From NCBI GenBank assembly GCA_965198115.1, contig OZ240241.1, forward strand, positions 5,568,001 through 5,632,000: 64,000 bases of DNA, given 5' to 3'. The translations under genes and the position numbers were made by a program. This DNA comes from Candidatus Latescibacterota bacterium (GTDB lineage: Bacteria > Latescibacterota > UBA2968). Numbering within the stretch: position 1 is the stretch's first letter; each line of letters opens with the position of its first letter. Below, one piece after another: positions 11,341-22,100 of this stretch. The notes under the pieces are model-generated. The model was not told the DNA's origin. It saw nothing but the letters and a program-made list of their open reading frames with translations, and did no database searches.

Positions 11341-11370
11341 AAAAAAAGCTGTGAGCCGAAGCCCACAGCC
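11341..11370 (-). terminator. Intrinsic terminator of the trp/aromatic attenuator
   Basis: Minus strand GCTGTGGGC-TTCG-GCTCACAGC-TTTTTTT: 9-bp stem (one G-U), UUCG loop, U7 tail, upstream of trpE. Confidence 0.85.
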
Positions 11371-11396
11371 TAAGAATCCTGTTTTGATCGATCGAC

Positions 11397-11489
11397 TCAG
11401 ACGAATGGGCACACGGAGAGCGGAATCGCGAACCAATAGAAGGCGCGGCGGGAAAAATACCGGTCGTATCGTGTGTTCTGAGTCTTCAT
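11397..11489 (-). CDS. Aromatic leader peptide MKTQNTRYDRYFSRRAFYWFAIPLSVCPFV (30 aa)
   Basis: Manual translation from ATG 11489 to TGA 11397; 8 aromatic codons including consecutive TTC TAT TGG TTC; lies between promoter and terminator. Confidence 0.8.
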   Translation of the reverse strand: MKTQNTRYDRYFSRRAFYWFAIPLSVCPFV

Positions 11490-11515
11490 AGGGTCATCGT
11501 CCTGCGACGGCGAAA

Positions 11516-11544
11516 ACAGTAGCAAAACGGGCACGTCGTGTCAA
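11516..11544 (-). promoter_or_regulatory. Sigma70-type promoter for the leader/trp supraoperon
   Basis: TTGACA (11544-11539), 17 nt, TACTGT (11521-11516), with an extended -10 TG. Confidence 0.7.
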
Positions 11545-11549
11545 GTCGA

Positions 11550-12278
11550 TTACTCAGCGTGCCCGTCGATCGTGCCGACCTCGATCTTCAGGTCCTCGCG
11601 ATTGATGATCCGGTCGACCTGGCCATCCCGAACCCAAACCACGCGGTCGGACACGGACAGCATTTTGTGGTCGTGTGTCGCCGATATGACGGTCACACCC
11701 GATTCCTTGTTCATCAACCTCAGGAGCTCGATGATCTCCGTTCCCGTGTTCAGATCCAGGTTGCCCGTCGGCTCGTCCGCGAGAATGATCGCCGGATCGT
11801 TCGCAAAGGCCCGTGCAACGGCCACGCGCTGCTGCTGCCCACCCGAAAGCTCATACGGCTTGTGCGAGATCCGCTCGGCCAGACCGACCTTCGTCAACAG
11901 GTCGACCCCCTTGTCCCGCGCCTCGTCGCTCGTCAGACCTGCGAAAACCATGGGGAGCGTCACGTTCTCTAGCGCGGTCATAACGGGGATCAGGTTGAAC
12001 GACTGAAAGATGTAGCCGATCTTCCGACACCGCAGCCAGGCCAGTTCGTAGGCGTCCAGTTGCGCAACGTCGACATCGTCGATGTAGACCTTGCCCTCAG
12101 TAGGCTTGTCGAGCCCGCCGATCATGTTGAACAGCGTGCTCTTCCCCGACCCCGACGGCCCCATGATCGAGAGATACTCTCCCTGTTCGACTTCCAGATC
12201 CACGCCCTTGAGGGCCTGGAGACTGAAATCGCCCATCTCGTAAACCTTCTTGACCTGCTGCGTGCGGACGACCGCCAT
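11550..12278 (-). CDS. ABC transporter ATP-binding protein (LolD/MacB family)
   Basis: GPSGSGKS, IGYIFQSFNL, LSGGQQQRVA, ILADEPTGNLD, ATHD. Confidence 0.93.
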   Translation of the reverse strand: MAVVRTQQVKKVYEMGDFSLQALKGVDLEVEQGEYLSIMGPSGSGKSTLFNMIGGLDKPTEGKVYIDDVDVAQLDAYELAWLRCRKIGYIFQSFNLIPVMTALENVTLPMVFAGLTSDEARDKGVDLLTKVGLAERISHKPYELSGGQQQRVAVARAFANDPAIILADEPTGNLDLNTGTEIIELLRLMNKESGVTVISATHDHKMLSVSDRVVWVRDGQVDRIINREDLKIEVGTIDGHAE

Positions 12279-12335
12279 ACGGGTTCTCTCCTCGATGACG
12301 AAAAATGTCAGCGTTTTCAGATCAGACGAACGACG

Positions 12336-13019
12336 TCACACTTCCAGTCGCATTGCGTCAACGGGTTCCATCTTGGCTGCGCGGTAGGCCGGAATGATTC
12401 CACCGAGCAGCGACAGGATCGACCCGATCACGATGGCCAGAACCGAGCTCTCCAGGACCGAACTCCACGGCATGTGGGTCAAGGTGGCCGTTCCAAAGCT
12501 GATCATCGTCAACAGAATCGTCAGCGCCAGCCCGATCAGGGTGCCCAGAATCGTGCCCGCCGTCCCCATGAACGAAGACTCCAGGAGGAAGAGCTTGATG
12601 ATGAACCCGTCGAGGGCGCCCATACACTTCATCGTGCCGATTTCGCGAAACCGCTCCGTGACCGACATGAGCATCGCGTTCGTAATGCCTACCAGACACA
12701 CGAGCAGGGACAACACCACCAGCCACGCATTCTTGGACGCTTCCTGCACGGAAGCCGCGCTGTCGGGGTCCGTATCGATGCCTTTTTGCTGAAGGATCAG
12801 GTCCAGCTCGGGGTCGCCGGCCAACTTGATCCCGTTGATGATGTCGGAGTTGACCCAGATCGACATCAGAAAGGCGATAGCCAGTACGATACCGCTCACC
12901 GTGATCAGCGATCGGCCGAATCGGATCTTCACACTGTTGAAGCTGATCTCGACTGCCTTGGACAGCGGCAGGTTGACCTGGGTACCGATGCTGCGGGACC
13001 CATCCTGGTGTTCTGCCAT
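12336..13019 (-). CDS. Short FtsX-like ABC permease
   Basis: GITNAMLMSVTERFREIGTMKCMGA and PAYRAAKMEPVDAMR; 4 hydrophobic segments. Confidence 0.88.
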   Translation of the reverse strand: MAEHQDGSRSIGTQVNLPLSKAVEISFNSVKIRFGRSLITVSGIVLAIAFLMSIWVNSDIINGIKLAGDPELDLILQQKGIDTDPDSAASVQEASKNAWLVVLSLLVCLVGITNAMLMSVTERFREIGTMKCMGALDGFIIKLFLLESSFMGTAGTILGTLIGLALTILLTMISFGTATLTHMPWSSVLESSVLAIVIGSILSLLGGIIPAYRAAKMEPVDAMRLEV

Positions 13020-13050
13020 TCCACCTCCAAATTAGTGGCTCGGTGTCGGG

Positions 13051-14691
13051 CTATCGGACGTTCTCGAACACACGATCCCCATCGGTCGCCCGACGTCGAG
13101 ACCCATGGAAAGCCCTACTGTCCAGAAGAGCAAGCGCTTTATCGAACAGGGTAACCGACCTCTGAATCACGGGGTCGTCTTCCACGGCGACGCGTCCGGC
13201 CGCCGCCGTCCCCCATCGGATCTGAGCAATCTGACGCCGCAACCGACGTTTCACGAAATCGGCGTGCTTCTTGAGCGCCTGGGACTCGTCGGTCCCGAAC
13301 TCCGAATCCTGCGCCTGGAGGAACTTTCGAAACTTGGACAGCTCCCTGCGACCGGGCGTGAAACCGTCGAAGTAGCTGTCGAAATCCACGTGGGACCTCG
13401 TCAGTTCCTGTCCGTGGTTCTTGGCGAACGTCAGGACCATCGATTCGGCGATCAGGTGACGCTCGAACGCACTCAGCGAATCGGGTCTGAGCTGGACGTC
13501 GGGCGTGATGCCACCGCTCCCGTAGACCTCGCGCGCGAGAATCTCCGTGTAGTAAATCGGCTTCTGGATCGTCCCGTCTGCGTTCGGGTCGTAGTCATCG
13601 TGCGCGGCCTCGAGGTAGGCCAGTCGATCGTCCGAATAGGGGCGCTGGATCGGCCGGCCGCTCGGCGTAAAATAACTCGCCACGGTCAGCAGGACGGCTC
13701 CGCCGTTCTGAAGTCCGTACTGCTTCTGCACCAGGCCCTTCCCGAACGTCGTGTGGCCGACGATCAGACCTCGATCGTAGTCCTGCACGGCCCCTGCCAC
13801 GATCTCCGACGCGCTCGCACTCCGGCTGTTCACCAGAACGATGATCGGAATCGCCTCGGCGACGATGGGCTCGGTCCTCGAAAAGTGGTCTTCGCGTGAT
13901 CCACGCCGACGGCCTTCCGTATAGACCACCAACCTGCCCGGGTCCAGCAACTGATCCGAAACGGCCACCGCCTGCTCGAGGTAGCCGCCCCCGTTGTTCT
14001 GGAGGTCGAAGATCAGTTTCTCCATTCCCTGCGTGCCCAGGTTTTCCAACGCAGCCTTCAGTTCGTTGCTCGTACGCCCCGAGAAGCGGTCGATCTTCAC
14101 GTAGCCGATGGTCTTGGAGATCATGAAAGCATACCGGACGCTCGGGACGCGGATCTTGTCCCGCTCGATATCGAATTCGAGAAGGACATCGACCCCTTCC
14201 CGCTGGACCGACACGTGAACCGTCGTGCCTTTGGGGCCTTTCAACCGACCTTCGACCTCTGCGATCTTGATCCCGACGGACGATTTCCCGTCGATCTTGA
14301 TGATGCGATCTCCCGGCAACAACCCGACCTCCGAAGCGGGAGACCCCTCGATCGGCGAGAGAACGGTCAGGAAACCTTCGATGATCTCGAAATAGATTCC
14401 GATCCCCTCGAACGCCCCCTCCAGACGCTCCTGCATCTGGCGAAAGTCCTCGGCGCTGATGTAGGTTGAATGCGGGTCCAGACGTGACAGATATCCCTCG
14501 ATCGCCCCGTCGTAGAGCTTCGTCTGGTCCACGTCCTGGTAGTAGTAGCGGCGGACGAGGTCGTTCAGTTCTCCAAAAGCCTGGGCCTGATCGACGATCG
14601 TCGGACGGCGAGCGTCCTGAGCGTCGCCCCGTGACGGAGCGCAGATCAGAATCGCCAAAAGCCATAGAAAATGTGGGAAGAAACGTCGCAT
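13051..14691 (-). CDS. S41 family C-terminal processing peptidase with PDZ domain
   Basis: LDPHSTY, FEGIGI, DLQNNGGG, SASASEIVAGA, TFGKGLVQ, GGITPD; signal peptide from MRRFFPHF. Confidence 0.92.
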   Translation of the reverse strand: MRRFFPHFLWLLAILICAPSRGDAQDARRPTIVDQAQAFGELNDLVRRYYYQDVDQTKLYDGAIEGYLSRLDPHSTYISAEDFRQMQERLEGAFEGIGIYFEIIEGFLTVLSPIEGSPASEVGLLPGDRIIKIDGKSSVGIKIAEVEGRLKGPKGTTVHVSVQREGVDVLLEFDIERDKIRVPSVRYAFMISKTIGYVKIDRFSGRTSNELKAALENLGTQGMEKLIFDLQNNGGGYLEQAVAVSDQLLDPGRLVVYTEGRRRGSREDHFSRTEPIVAEAIPIIVLVNSRSASASEIVAGAVQDYDRGLIVGHTTFGKGLVQKQYGLQNGGAVLLTVASYFTPSGRPIQRPYSDDRLAYLEAAHDDYDPNADGTIQKPIYYTEILAREVYGSGGITPDVQLRPDSLSAFERHLIAESMVLTFAKNHGQELTRSHVDFDSYFDGFTPGRRELSKFRKFLQAQDSEFGTDESQALKKHADFVKRRLRRQIAQIRWGTAAAGRVAVEDDPVIQRSVTLFDKALALLDSRAFHGSRRRATDGDRVFENVR

Positions 14692-14756
14692 CTTTGAACC
14701 TGAAAAATCGTGTAAGTGGCTGAATCGTTGAAACTTAACGGGGCTCTTCATTCCTG

Positions 14757-15653
14757 TCAAGCACCGTGATTCTGAGTGCGCACGTCCTGCCGGAAGGCCT
14801 CGAGATTCTGACGAAACGACTGTCGGCCAAGGCTCAGCAGTGCCTCGATCCGGTCCGTCCGCAACCCCGCCCTCAAGGGCCGCCGGGCCTTCTGCCCCAG
14901 CTCGGCGCTCGTCACCGACTCGACACGGTCTACGCCGAGCCCGAAGACCTCGCACAGCGATTCGACCATCTTAAACCGTGTCAAGTAGTCGCTCCCGGCG
15001 ACGTGGTAAATGCCGCTGGCTCGCTCGTCGATCAGTCCCCTGATCGACGTCACCAGCTCCGGGAGATACGTCGGGTTCGACCATTCATCCGTCACGACCC
15101 GAATCGTCTCACCGGCCTCGAGAGCCGCCAACGCCCACGTCACGAAGTTGGGTCGGGCGTGTGGGTGATAGCCGTAGAGCACGGCTGTCCTGACGACACA
15201 CGCATCGGACACCGACAGCGCCCGTTCTTCCCCCTCCAGCTTCGTCCGGCCGTAGACGCTCAGCGGGTTGGCGGCATCCTCCTCGCCGTAGGGACCCTCT
15301 TCTCCGTCGAAAACGTAGTTGGTCGACAGCTGAATCAGACGGATGGCTCGATCGCCGCACGCGCGTGCAAGTTCCTCGACGGCATCGACGTGCACGCGTC
15401 GAGCGGCCTCGGGATCCGATTCGCACCCGTCGACACTCGTCACTGCGGCCGCGTTGACCACCCAGTCGGGCTGCGTCCGGTCGAGGGTGTGCGCCAAACG
15501 CGCCGTGTCCTCCAGATCCAGCTGGATCCAACCTTCTTCGGCCGGCGGATGCCGGGCGGCGGGCAACATCTCTTCCCCGGAGTCGACCAGACCTCGCCCG
15601 AGAAAGCCCGTCGCTCCGATCACCAAAACACGAGGTCGCTCAGTCGGCGTCAC
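14757..15653 (-). CDS. dTDP-4-dehydrorhamnose reductase (RfbD/RmlD)-family oxidoreductase
   Basis: GATGFLG, NAAAVTSVDGCE, STNYVFDG, YGRTK; GTG 15653 overlaps the upstream stop. Confidence 0.85.
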   Translation of the reverse strand: MTPTERPRVLVIGATGFLGRGLVDSGEEMLPAARHPPAEEGWIQLDLEDTARLAHTLDRTQPDWVVNAAAVTSVDGCESDPEAARRVHVDAVEELARACGDRAIRLIQLSTNYVFDGEEGPYGEEDAANPLSVYGRTKLEGEERALSVSDACVVRTAVLYGYHPHARPNFVTWALAALEAGETIRVVTDEWSNPTYLPELVTSIRGLIDERASGIYHVAGSDYLTRFKMVESLCEVFGLGVDRVESVTSAELGQKARRPLRAGLRTDRIEALLSLGRQSFRQNLEAFRQDVRTQNHGA

Positions 15654-17137
15654 GGCCCTGTCTCGACATACTTCAAAAGGGCACGGCCGAGTGTTCCGGC
15701 ACCCGCTGCCTGCGAATAGGTTCGCGGGATCCACCTGGCCAGAATCTGCTTCGCCCGATTCCGATGAACGTCTTTGCCCGTCAGAACCCCGAGCCGCACG
15801 AAGACCTCGGCCAGGACGGCAATCGCACCTGGCTCGTGACGGTCAATCGCGGTCTGGTCGTCCTGAACTCGAACTTCGCCCTCCGATTTCGACATCGGTG
15901 CCACGAAAACCTCCCACGCACGACTCGCGATACGTTCGGAAGCGGCCAGATGGCCGGCCGACGACTCCAAATCGTGAGCGTCGAGCAGCGCTCGTGCCGT
16001 CAATGCCGCGTCGGCCAGACGATCCTCCCTCCCGATCGGAGCGCCCCTGTCATCGTAGAGTCCCATCAGACGATCTAGGATCGAGCGCCATCGGTCCGAT
16101 ACACGCACGCCGACCCGGCGGGCAGCGATCGCCGCCGAGACCGCCTGGGCATTCCAACGAGCGATCCAGCGGGCGTCGAGGGGGCGTGTGCCGTCGCCAT
16201 AGAGAGCAGGAGCGAACAGACTATCCGGCGTCACGAAACCGGCCAATCCGGCCGCGTAAAACGGTCCTTCGTCATCCTCCACGCCCAGCGTCGCATCCAG
16301 ACCGTCGGCGAGCCGTTGGGCGTGGCCGCGCCAGACGTCATCGCCCGTTTCCATGGCCAGACCCGCTGCCGCCCCGAGCAGACCGGCGTTGTGCGACAGG
16401 GTGACCTCCTCATCCCGCAGGTTGCCATCGGACGTGAGCCGAGCGTGAACGAACAGGCCATCCGGATTCTGCAGAACCCCGTCGAACAGGCGCACGATCG
16501 CCAAACTGTCCAGACGCCCTGCGTCGGACAACAGGAGCAGCGCCTCCGCCGACAGGCCCTGAGTCGTCTGCCCGGCGACGCTGTCGACAAAAGCCTCGAG
16601 CGACACGCTCCCCGGCGTCTCGAACCCCTCGGGTTCCACCTTTCTGCGCGCGTCGAGACGCACGCGGTTGCGTTCCACGTCGTCCAGACGCCCGGGTATG
16701 TCGTAAATCGTGTGCACCCGTCGCATCAGACGCTCGAGATCGTCGGCCTCGATGTAGCGAGTACCGGTCAGCCATCCCTTTTGCGGATCGATCACGCTCA
16801 GGCTCGGCCACCCCCCCAGACCGTAGCGTTCGAAAAGATCGGGCCGGGTGTCGGATTCGACCGCGACGGGAAAGACGACGCGCGCAATCTCGCGCACGAT
16901 CAGGGGGTCTTCCAACACCCTACGGGCAAACCGCTGGCACCAATAGGACCGCCGGTTGTAGTGATACAGCAGGATCGGTTTGCCCGACGCGTCGCCCCGT
17001 TCGTCCCAACGGCGCCAGGCCACGGACCCCAGGGGGAGGACATCCAGGCGAACCCGATCGACCTTCGGAGCGGGGGGTTCCCCACAGAAAGACAGCGCCC
17101 ACACAAGCCCACATCCCACGATCAGACGGGGGGCCAT
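15650..17137 (-). CDS. Exported YyaL/DUF255-like thioredoxin-domain protein
   Basis: KPILL...SYWCQ, DTRPDL..RY..GGWPS; C-terminal helical repeats (ARWNAQAVSA, LADAALTARALLDAH); N-terminal signal. Confidence 0.65.
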   Translation of the reverse strand: MAPRLIVGCGLVWALSFCGEPPAPKVDRVRLDVLPLGSVAWRRWDERGDASGKPILLYHYNRRSYWCQRFARRVLEDPLIVREIARVVFPVAVESDTRPDLFERYGLGGWPSLSVIDPQKGWLTGTRYIEADDLERLMRRVHTIYDIPGRLDDVERNRVRLDARRKVEPEGFETPGSVSLEAFVDSVAGQTTQGLSAEALLLLSDAGRLDSLAIVRLFDGVLQNPDGLFVHARLTSDGNLRDEEVTLSHNAGLLGAAAGLAMETGDDVWRGHAQRLADGLDATLGVEDDEGPFYAAGLAGFVTPDSLFAPALYGDGTRPLDARWIARWNAQAVSAAIAARRVGVRVSDRWRSILDRLMGLYDDRGAPIGREDRLADAALTARALLDAHDLESSAGHLAASERIASRAWEVFVAPMSKSEGEVRVQDDQTAIDRHEPGAIAVLAEVFVRLGVLTGKDVHRNRAKQILARWIPRTYSQAAGAGTLGRALLKYVETGP

Positions 17138-17361
17138 TTTTCGAAAGTACGCGAAAACGGCCGCCGGTGGTCTGAACCGAATCCGGCGGCCGATGGAACG
17201 ACGCTCGAACGGTGGAACCTGTAGGCCGCAGCGTCGTTTACAACCTATGGCCTGTTTCGGGAGGGGGGGTCTCCAGACCCCGATTTCCCAGAAAAATCTT
17301 GACACTTATTTACCCGGGGTCATACATTTTTTGCTGTTTGACCGGCAGGTTTTGCCGATGG

Positions 17362-17628
17362 TTAGGACGACGGGGTGATTCCGTCTAACGATATGGCTTC
17401 GTCGATGAGCATGATGGGGATTTCGTCCTCGATCGGGTAAAGATACTTCCCGTCTTCGCGGATCAGACCCCCGTCGATTTTCTTCTCAACGGCGTTTCCA
17501 GCCCGGTTTTGAAGCGATCCGGCCTCGATTCTCCGGTTGATCTCCTCGATCACGCTGGCGTCAGCCAGTTTGACGGGCGTTTTGTCCTCCGGACAGGCCA
17601 GAATGTCGAGTAGTTCCTGGTCGATCAT
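17362..17628 (-). CDS. Trm112-like small protein
   Basis: MIDQELLDILACPEDK ... YPIEDEIPIMLIDEA. Confidence 0.85.
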   Translation of the reverse strand: MIDQELLDILACPEDKTPVKLADASVIEEINRRIEAGSLQNRAGNAVEKKIDGGLIREDGKYLYPIEDEIPIMLIDEAISLDGITPSS

Positions 17629-17890
17629 CGGTTCGAACCCCTGTTGGAACGGCGTTTGCGTAGTCTTCGAGCACGTCGATCGCAGCAAATATAGCACAAG
17701 ACGGTTCCACCGGACAACATCCGTTCCTCACCTCTAAAGGACAGCGCCTATCGTCACTCGCTAACGGGTTTGGCTTCATCGTTTCATAAGACGTTCGGAA
17801 GTTTAGCCGGATTCACCTTTGCGTTTCGGGGCGCACCATCACTGTGGGCCCGTCCCGGCTGAACGATCGCACAGCCAGAACCTTAGGGAG

Positions 17891-17940
17891 TGTAGGTGGC
17901 TTCCCCACAGATCCTCCGGGCTGTAGGGTGACCCCACACA
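17891..17940. promoter_or_regulatory. Two imperfect TGTAGG-N7-CCTACA-like dyads upstream of the porV operon
   Basis: TGTAGG-TGGCTTC-CCCACA (17891) and TGTAGG-GTGACCC-CACACA (17922). Confidence 0.5.
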
Positions 17941-18072
17941 GTCGGAAACTCGCGGTTTCATCGCGCTCTAGCCAAACCACCTCTGGTTCATCGGTTCTGC
18001 ATCGTCATCCAAGTCGAGCTTAAACTACGGCATCGCTCAATGCCGTCGTGATTCATTTGGAGGAGTAGAGCT

Positions 18073-19125
18073 ATGTGGATGAGTTTCTACAACCGGACAG
18101 CCATCGTGGCGCTTGCCTTGGCCTGCGTCCTCGGATTCGGGGTCGGCCGAGTCGATGCGACGCCCGAGAGCCGCGCAGCGGCAAACTTCCTGCTCTACCA
18201 GCCGAGTGCCCGTTCGGCCGGTCTGGGTGATGCGTATGTGGCGATCGCCGACGATGCCAACGCCACGTTCTTCAACCCCGCCGCCCTGGCCGACGACCAG
18301 GGGCGCTCGCTGAGCACGACCTTCTACAAACCGGTTCCTTCCCTCGCCAACGACATCTTCACCTCCTTCGGATCCTATACGCAGCCGATGAGGGGCGTGG
18401 GCAACTTCGGAATCAGCCTCATCTACACGTCACTCGGCACGCAGTTTCGCACGGGCGAACAGGGTGAGGAACTCGGCGAGTTCACGAGTTTCGGAATCGC
18501 GTTCGGCATCTCCTACGGCGCCCACATCACCAAAAACATCTCGCTCGGAATCACGACCAAGCTGATCCACGAGAACCTGGCGGCGCAGGGCGCGGGTGAC
18601 GAGGCCGGGAGCGGAACGGGCACATCCTTCGCCGGCGACATCGGCTTTTTGTGGAAGCCCGGCGACCGCTTCTCCCTCGGGTGGGCTCTGCGGAACGTCG
18701 GCCCGAACATGACGTTCATCGACGCCGACCAGTCCGACCCGCTGCCACAGAACTTTACGATCGGATTCGGCTACAAGGTCCTGCAGCGCAAGAGATATAC
18801 GTTGCTGTTCACGACCGACGTCTACAAGCCCCTCGCAGACGAAGGGTTCGAGTCTTTCATCAGCGGATGGTCCGACGGAGGGGGCTCCGAGGAGATCAAG
18901 GACATCGATTACCACGCTGGAATGGAATGGGCCTATAATCTTTCGGAGTTGTCGGCTTTCGCCCTGAGGGCGGGCTATTCGCACGACGAAGATGGAAACC
19001 GAAAGACCCCGACCTTCGGACTGGGTCTTAAATACGACTGGGCTACGTTCGACCTCTCCTACTTCGCGAACTCGAACGCTGCGGTCCGAAACGTGTTCCG
19101 ATTCAGCGGCGGTTTTACCTTCTAA
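18073..19125 (+). CDS. PorV/PorQ-family outer-membrane beta-barrel
   Basis: Signal peptide; PSARSAGLGDAYVAIADDANATFFNPAAL; C-terminal FSGGFTF; AGGAG SD. Confidence 0.85.
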   Translation: MWMSFYNRTAIVALALACVLGFGVGRVDATPESRAAANFLLYQPSARSAGLGDAYVAIADDANATFFNPAALADDQGRSLSTTFYKPVPSLANDIFTSFGSYTQPMRGVGNFGISLIYTSLGTQFRTGEQGEELGEFTSFGIAFGISYGAHITKNISLGITTKLIHENLAAQGAGDEAGSGTGTSFAGDIGFLWKPGDRFSLGWALRNVGPNMTFIDADQSDPLPQNFTIGFGYKVLQRKRYTLLFTTDVYKPLADEGFESFISGWSDGGGSEEIKDIDYHAGMEWAYNLSELSAFALRAGYSHDEDGNRKTPTFGLGLKYDWATFDLSYFANSNAAVRNVFRFSGGFTF

Positions 19126-19143
19126 GGAACCCTACGGGAATCG

Positions 19144-22100
19144 ATGCAGGTCTCTCGTCCTACAGAGCGTCCGGCCGTTCCACGCATCGGCCGGGCGCTT
19201 TTCTATGTTCTGGGCACCCTGTTCTGTGTGGGTTTCGCGACGCCGACGAGCGTGTTTGCCCAGATCGAGCCCGTCATCGGTAGCCGACGCATCCTGGCCA
19301 TTCGAGTTTCCTTCCCCATCGAAGTCCCCGACGACGAGACCACGAGCGGTGACGGCACGTTCGAACTCCGGTCTTCCGGGGCGGTTTCCGACGACTATCG
19401 ATTTCCCTTCGATCTTCCCCCTCACGATCGCACCTACTTCGAAGCACACCTCAAGGCACTCGCCAACTACTACCGAACCGTCTCGCGGGGCAGCCTCGAA
19501 CTGACCTTCGAAGTCTTTCCTCGTCAGAACGACGCCAGCTACGAGATGGACCAAGCCTTGATCGATTTCGGAAACGGAAGAACCCGACAGGAGATCAACG
19601 AGCGGATCACACGTCTGTTTCGGGACGCCCTCCTCACGGCCGATGCCTCGGACCCCGACATCGATTTCGGGGCGTTCGATCACGTCATCGTGTTCCACGC
19701 CGGCCTGGGGGGAGAATCCTCGAACGCGTTGAACGACGTGCTCTCCGCCTTCATCAACCTCCAGGACCTTGAGACCTACGCCGATGGCGCGCTCGACCTC
19801 GACGGCGCGACCGTCTCTGGCGGTATGCTCTTGCCAGAGGCCGGAAGCGCCGATGGCCGCGGGGGTCTCAACGGGTTGGTCGCCCGATTTTATGCCAACC
19901 AACTCGGTCTGCCGCGACTCGACAATCCCGAGGACGGGTTGACGGCCGTCGGGGACTGGAGCCTGATGGACACGGGCAACATCACCGTGGCTTCATCAGC
20001 GCAACTCGGGCTGTCCAGCCTCACGGGGTCTCCCGCCGACACGATTCTCGTGGGATTCATTCCCAGTCGTCTTCTGGCCTGGTCACGATCCGCCCTCGGG
20101 TGGCTCGACATCCCCGTCGTCGCGCGCGATGACACGCTCAGCATCGCGGCACCCCACGTCGGCGACGGCACGCCTCAGGCCATCCGCGTCCCTATCAGCG
20201 CCGACGAATACTTCCTGGTCGAGAATCGCCTGTCTCGCCTTGCCGTCGAAGGACGTCGGCCCGAGGTCACCCTCTCGACCCCCAACGGCGTGTGGACCGC
20301 CGTCGACGATTACGACGCTCTCATTCCCGGGAGCGGCATCCTCATCTGGCACGTCGACGATGCCGTCATCCGCGCCAGCTCGCCCTTGCATCCGGTCAAC
20401 AGCCACCCCGATTTCCGAGTCCATTTCGACGGATTCGCCGGCACCTACCGCAAGGGCATTGCTCTGGAAGAAGCGGACGGCCTCGAAGACATCGGCAACA
20501 CCTCATCCAGTCGCGTCATCACCGCCGGTGTCATTTCCTTCGCCAACATCAGCGGAAACGCCGTCGATCCCTACTACGTGGGAAACGCCACCCGCTTCGG
20601 GCAAGACACGACACCCTCGAGCGACAGCAACCTCGGCTACTCGACGGGGGTCGAAATCGAAGTCCTGAGCCCTCCGGGCGAGGTGATGGACGTCGCCATC
20701 CGGTTCGGACGACAGCCTGGCGCGTGGCCGGTCACCGGTCTGCAACCCGACGAGCAGGCCTTCCCACGCCTGCTCAAAGGGGATGACGGCCCTGCCATTC
20801 TGCGAGGCAGCCAGACGGGCCCGACCGCGTGGGGATCGAACGGAGAAACCGCACCGATCGATTTCTCCACGGGGCAGTCGGTGGCCGTCGGGACACTCGC
20901 TGCGACGTCGAGCGAAAGTTTCATCTATGCAACGACCGATGGCTCCGGACGCTGGAGCGGCGGTCAAACCCAGACAGTCAGCGGCGCACCCTCATCGATC
21001 CCACCGATCATCGCCCCCTTTCCGATCGATCGGACCGACATCTGGGGACTCGTCGACGGAGCGGTCGAATGGGGCCGATTCTCAGGAGCGATCGGGCGTG
21101 CCGATCTGTCTTCCGAGCCGATCGCCGGTCTGGCGATCGGTGATTTCGAGCCCGACCCCGACCTGGAACTGGCGGCACTGGATGCTTCAGGCCGTCTGTT
21201 CATCGTCGACGGCGATCGCGACGCCCGAGAGCTCGCGGCATTTCCCGTGGCGGTCAGCGGACCTGTCGCCGCCGACCTCGATACCGACGGCAACGAGGAC
21301 ATCGTCGTCCTCTCGACCGACGGCGTCGTTTTCACCGCCCAATTCGATGGAACGCTGACCGAAGGTCGTCCAGTGCCCGGCGGCGCGCAGTCACCACCCG
21401 TCGTGGCGGACATCGATCGGGACGGCTTCGTCGAGGTTCTGTTCGGGGGTCGCGATCGAATCTGGGTCATACGGTTCAACGGCGTCCTCCAGCAGAACGC
21501 CCCCATCGGTCTCCCCCTCAAAGACAGAGTCGGATCGATTACCGCCCCACCCGTCGTCGTCGACGCCGACGGAGACGGAAGCCTGGACATCCTCGTCGCG
21601 ACCGGTCTTGGCTTCATCTACGGTCTCGACGCAAGGGGGAACGCCCTCCCCGGCTTTCCCGTGGCTGCCCACGGCCCGATCGCTACGTCGCCGCTCGTCG
21701 ACGACCTCGAGGGCGACGGCACCCTCGAGCTCGTGGCCTACACCGTTACCGGTGACATTCACCTCTGGCACCTCGAATCCATCGACCCCGCCCTCGTGGG
21801 CAACGAAGTCGTCTGGGGTCAGCAGGGCGGCGGCCCCGGCAACGCCGGCCGTCTCTCGCAGATCATCGCCCCATCCGAACCGGCGGATGTCACCGCGCTC
21901 CTGCCTGCCGATCGCGTTTACTGTTATCCGAATCCTATCCGAACCAGCGAAGCCTTTTTCCGGTTCTACCTGACCCAGGCAGCCGACGTGAGCGTCACCG
22001 TCATCAACCCCCGCGGCGAGGTCGTCGAACGCCTGGCCGCCGACCGAGCCTTCGCACTCACCGACAACGAGATTCGCTGGGATACCTCCGACTACGGCAG

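Noticed and set aside
17700-18070. Possible ncRNA or tRNA in the long intergenic region
   Set aside because: No recognisable tRNA cloverleaf or known RNA motif; only the dyad sites are supported.
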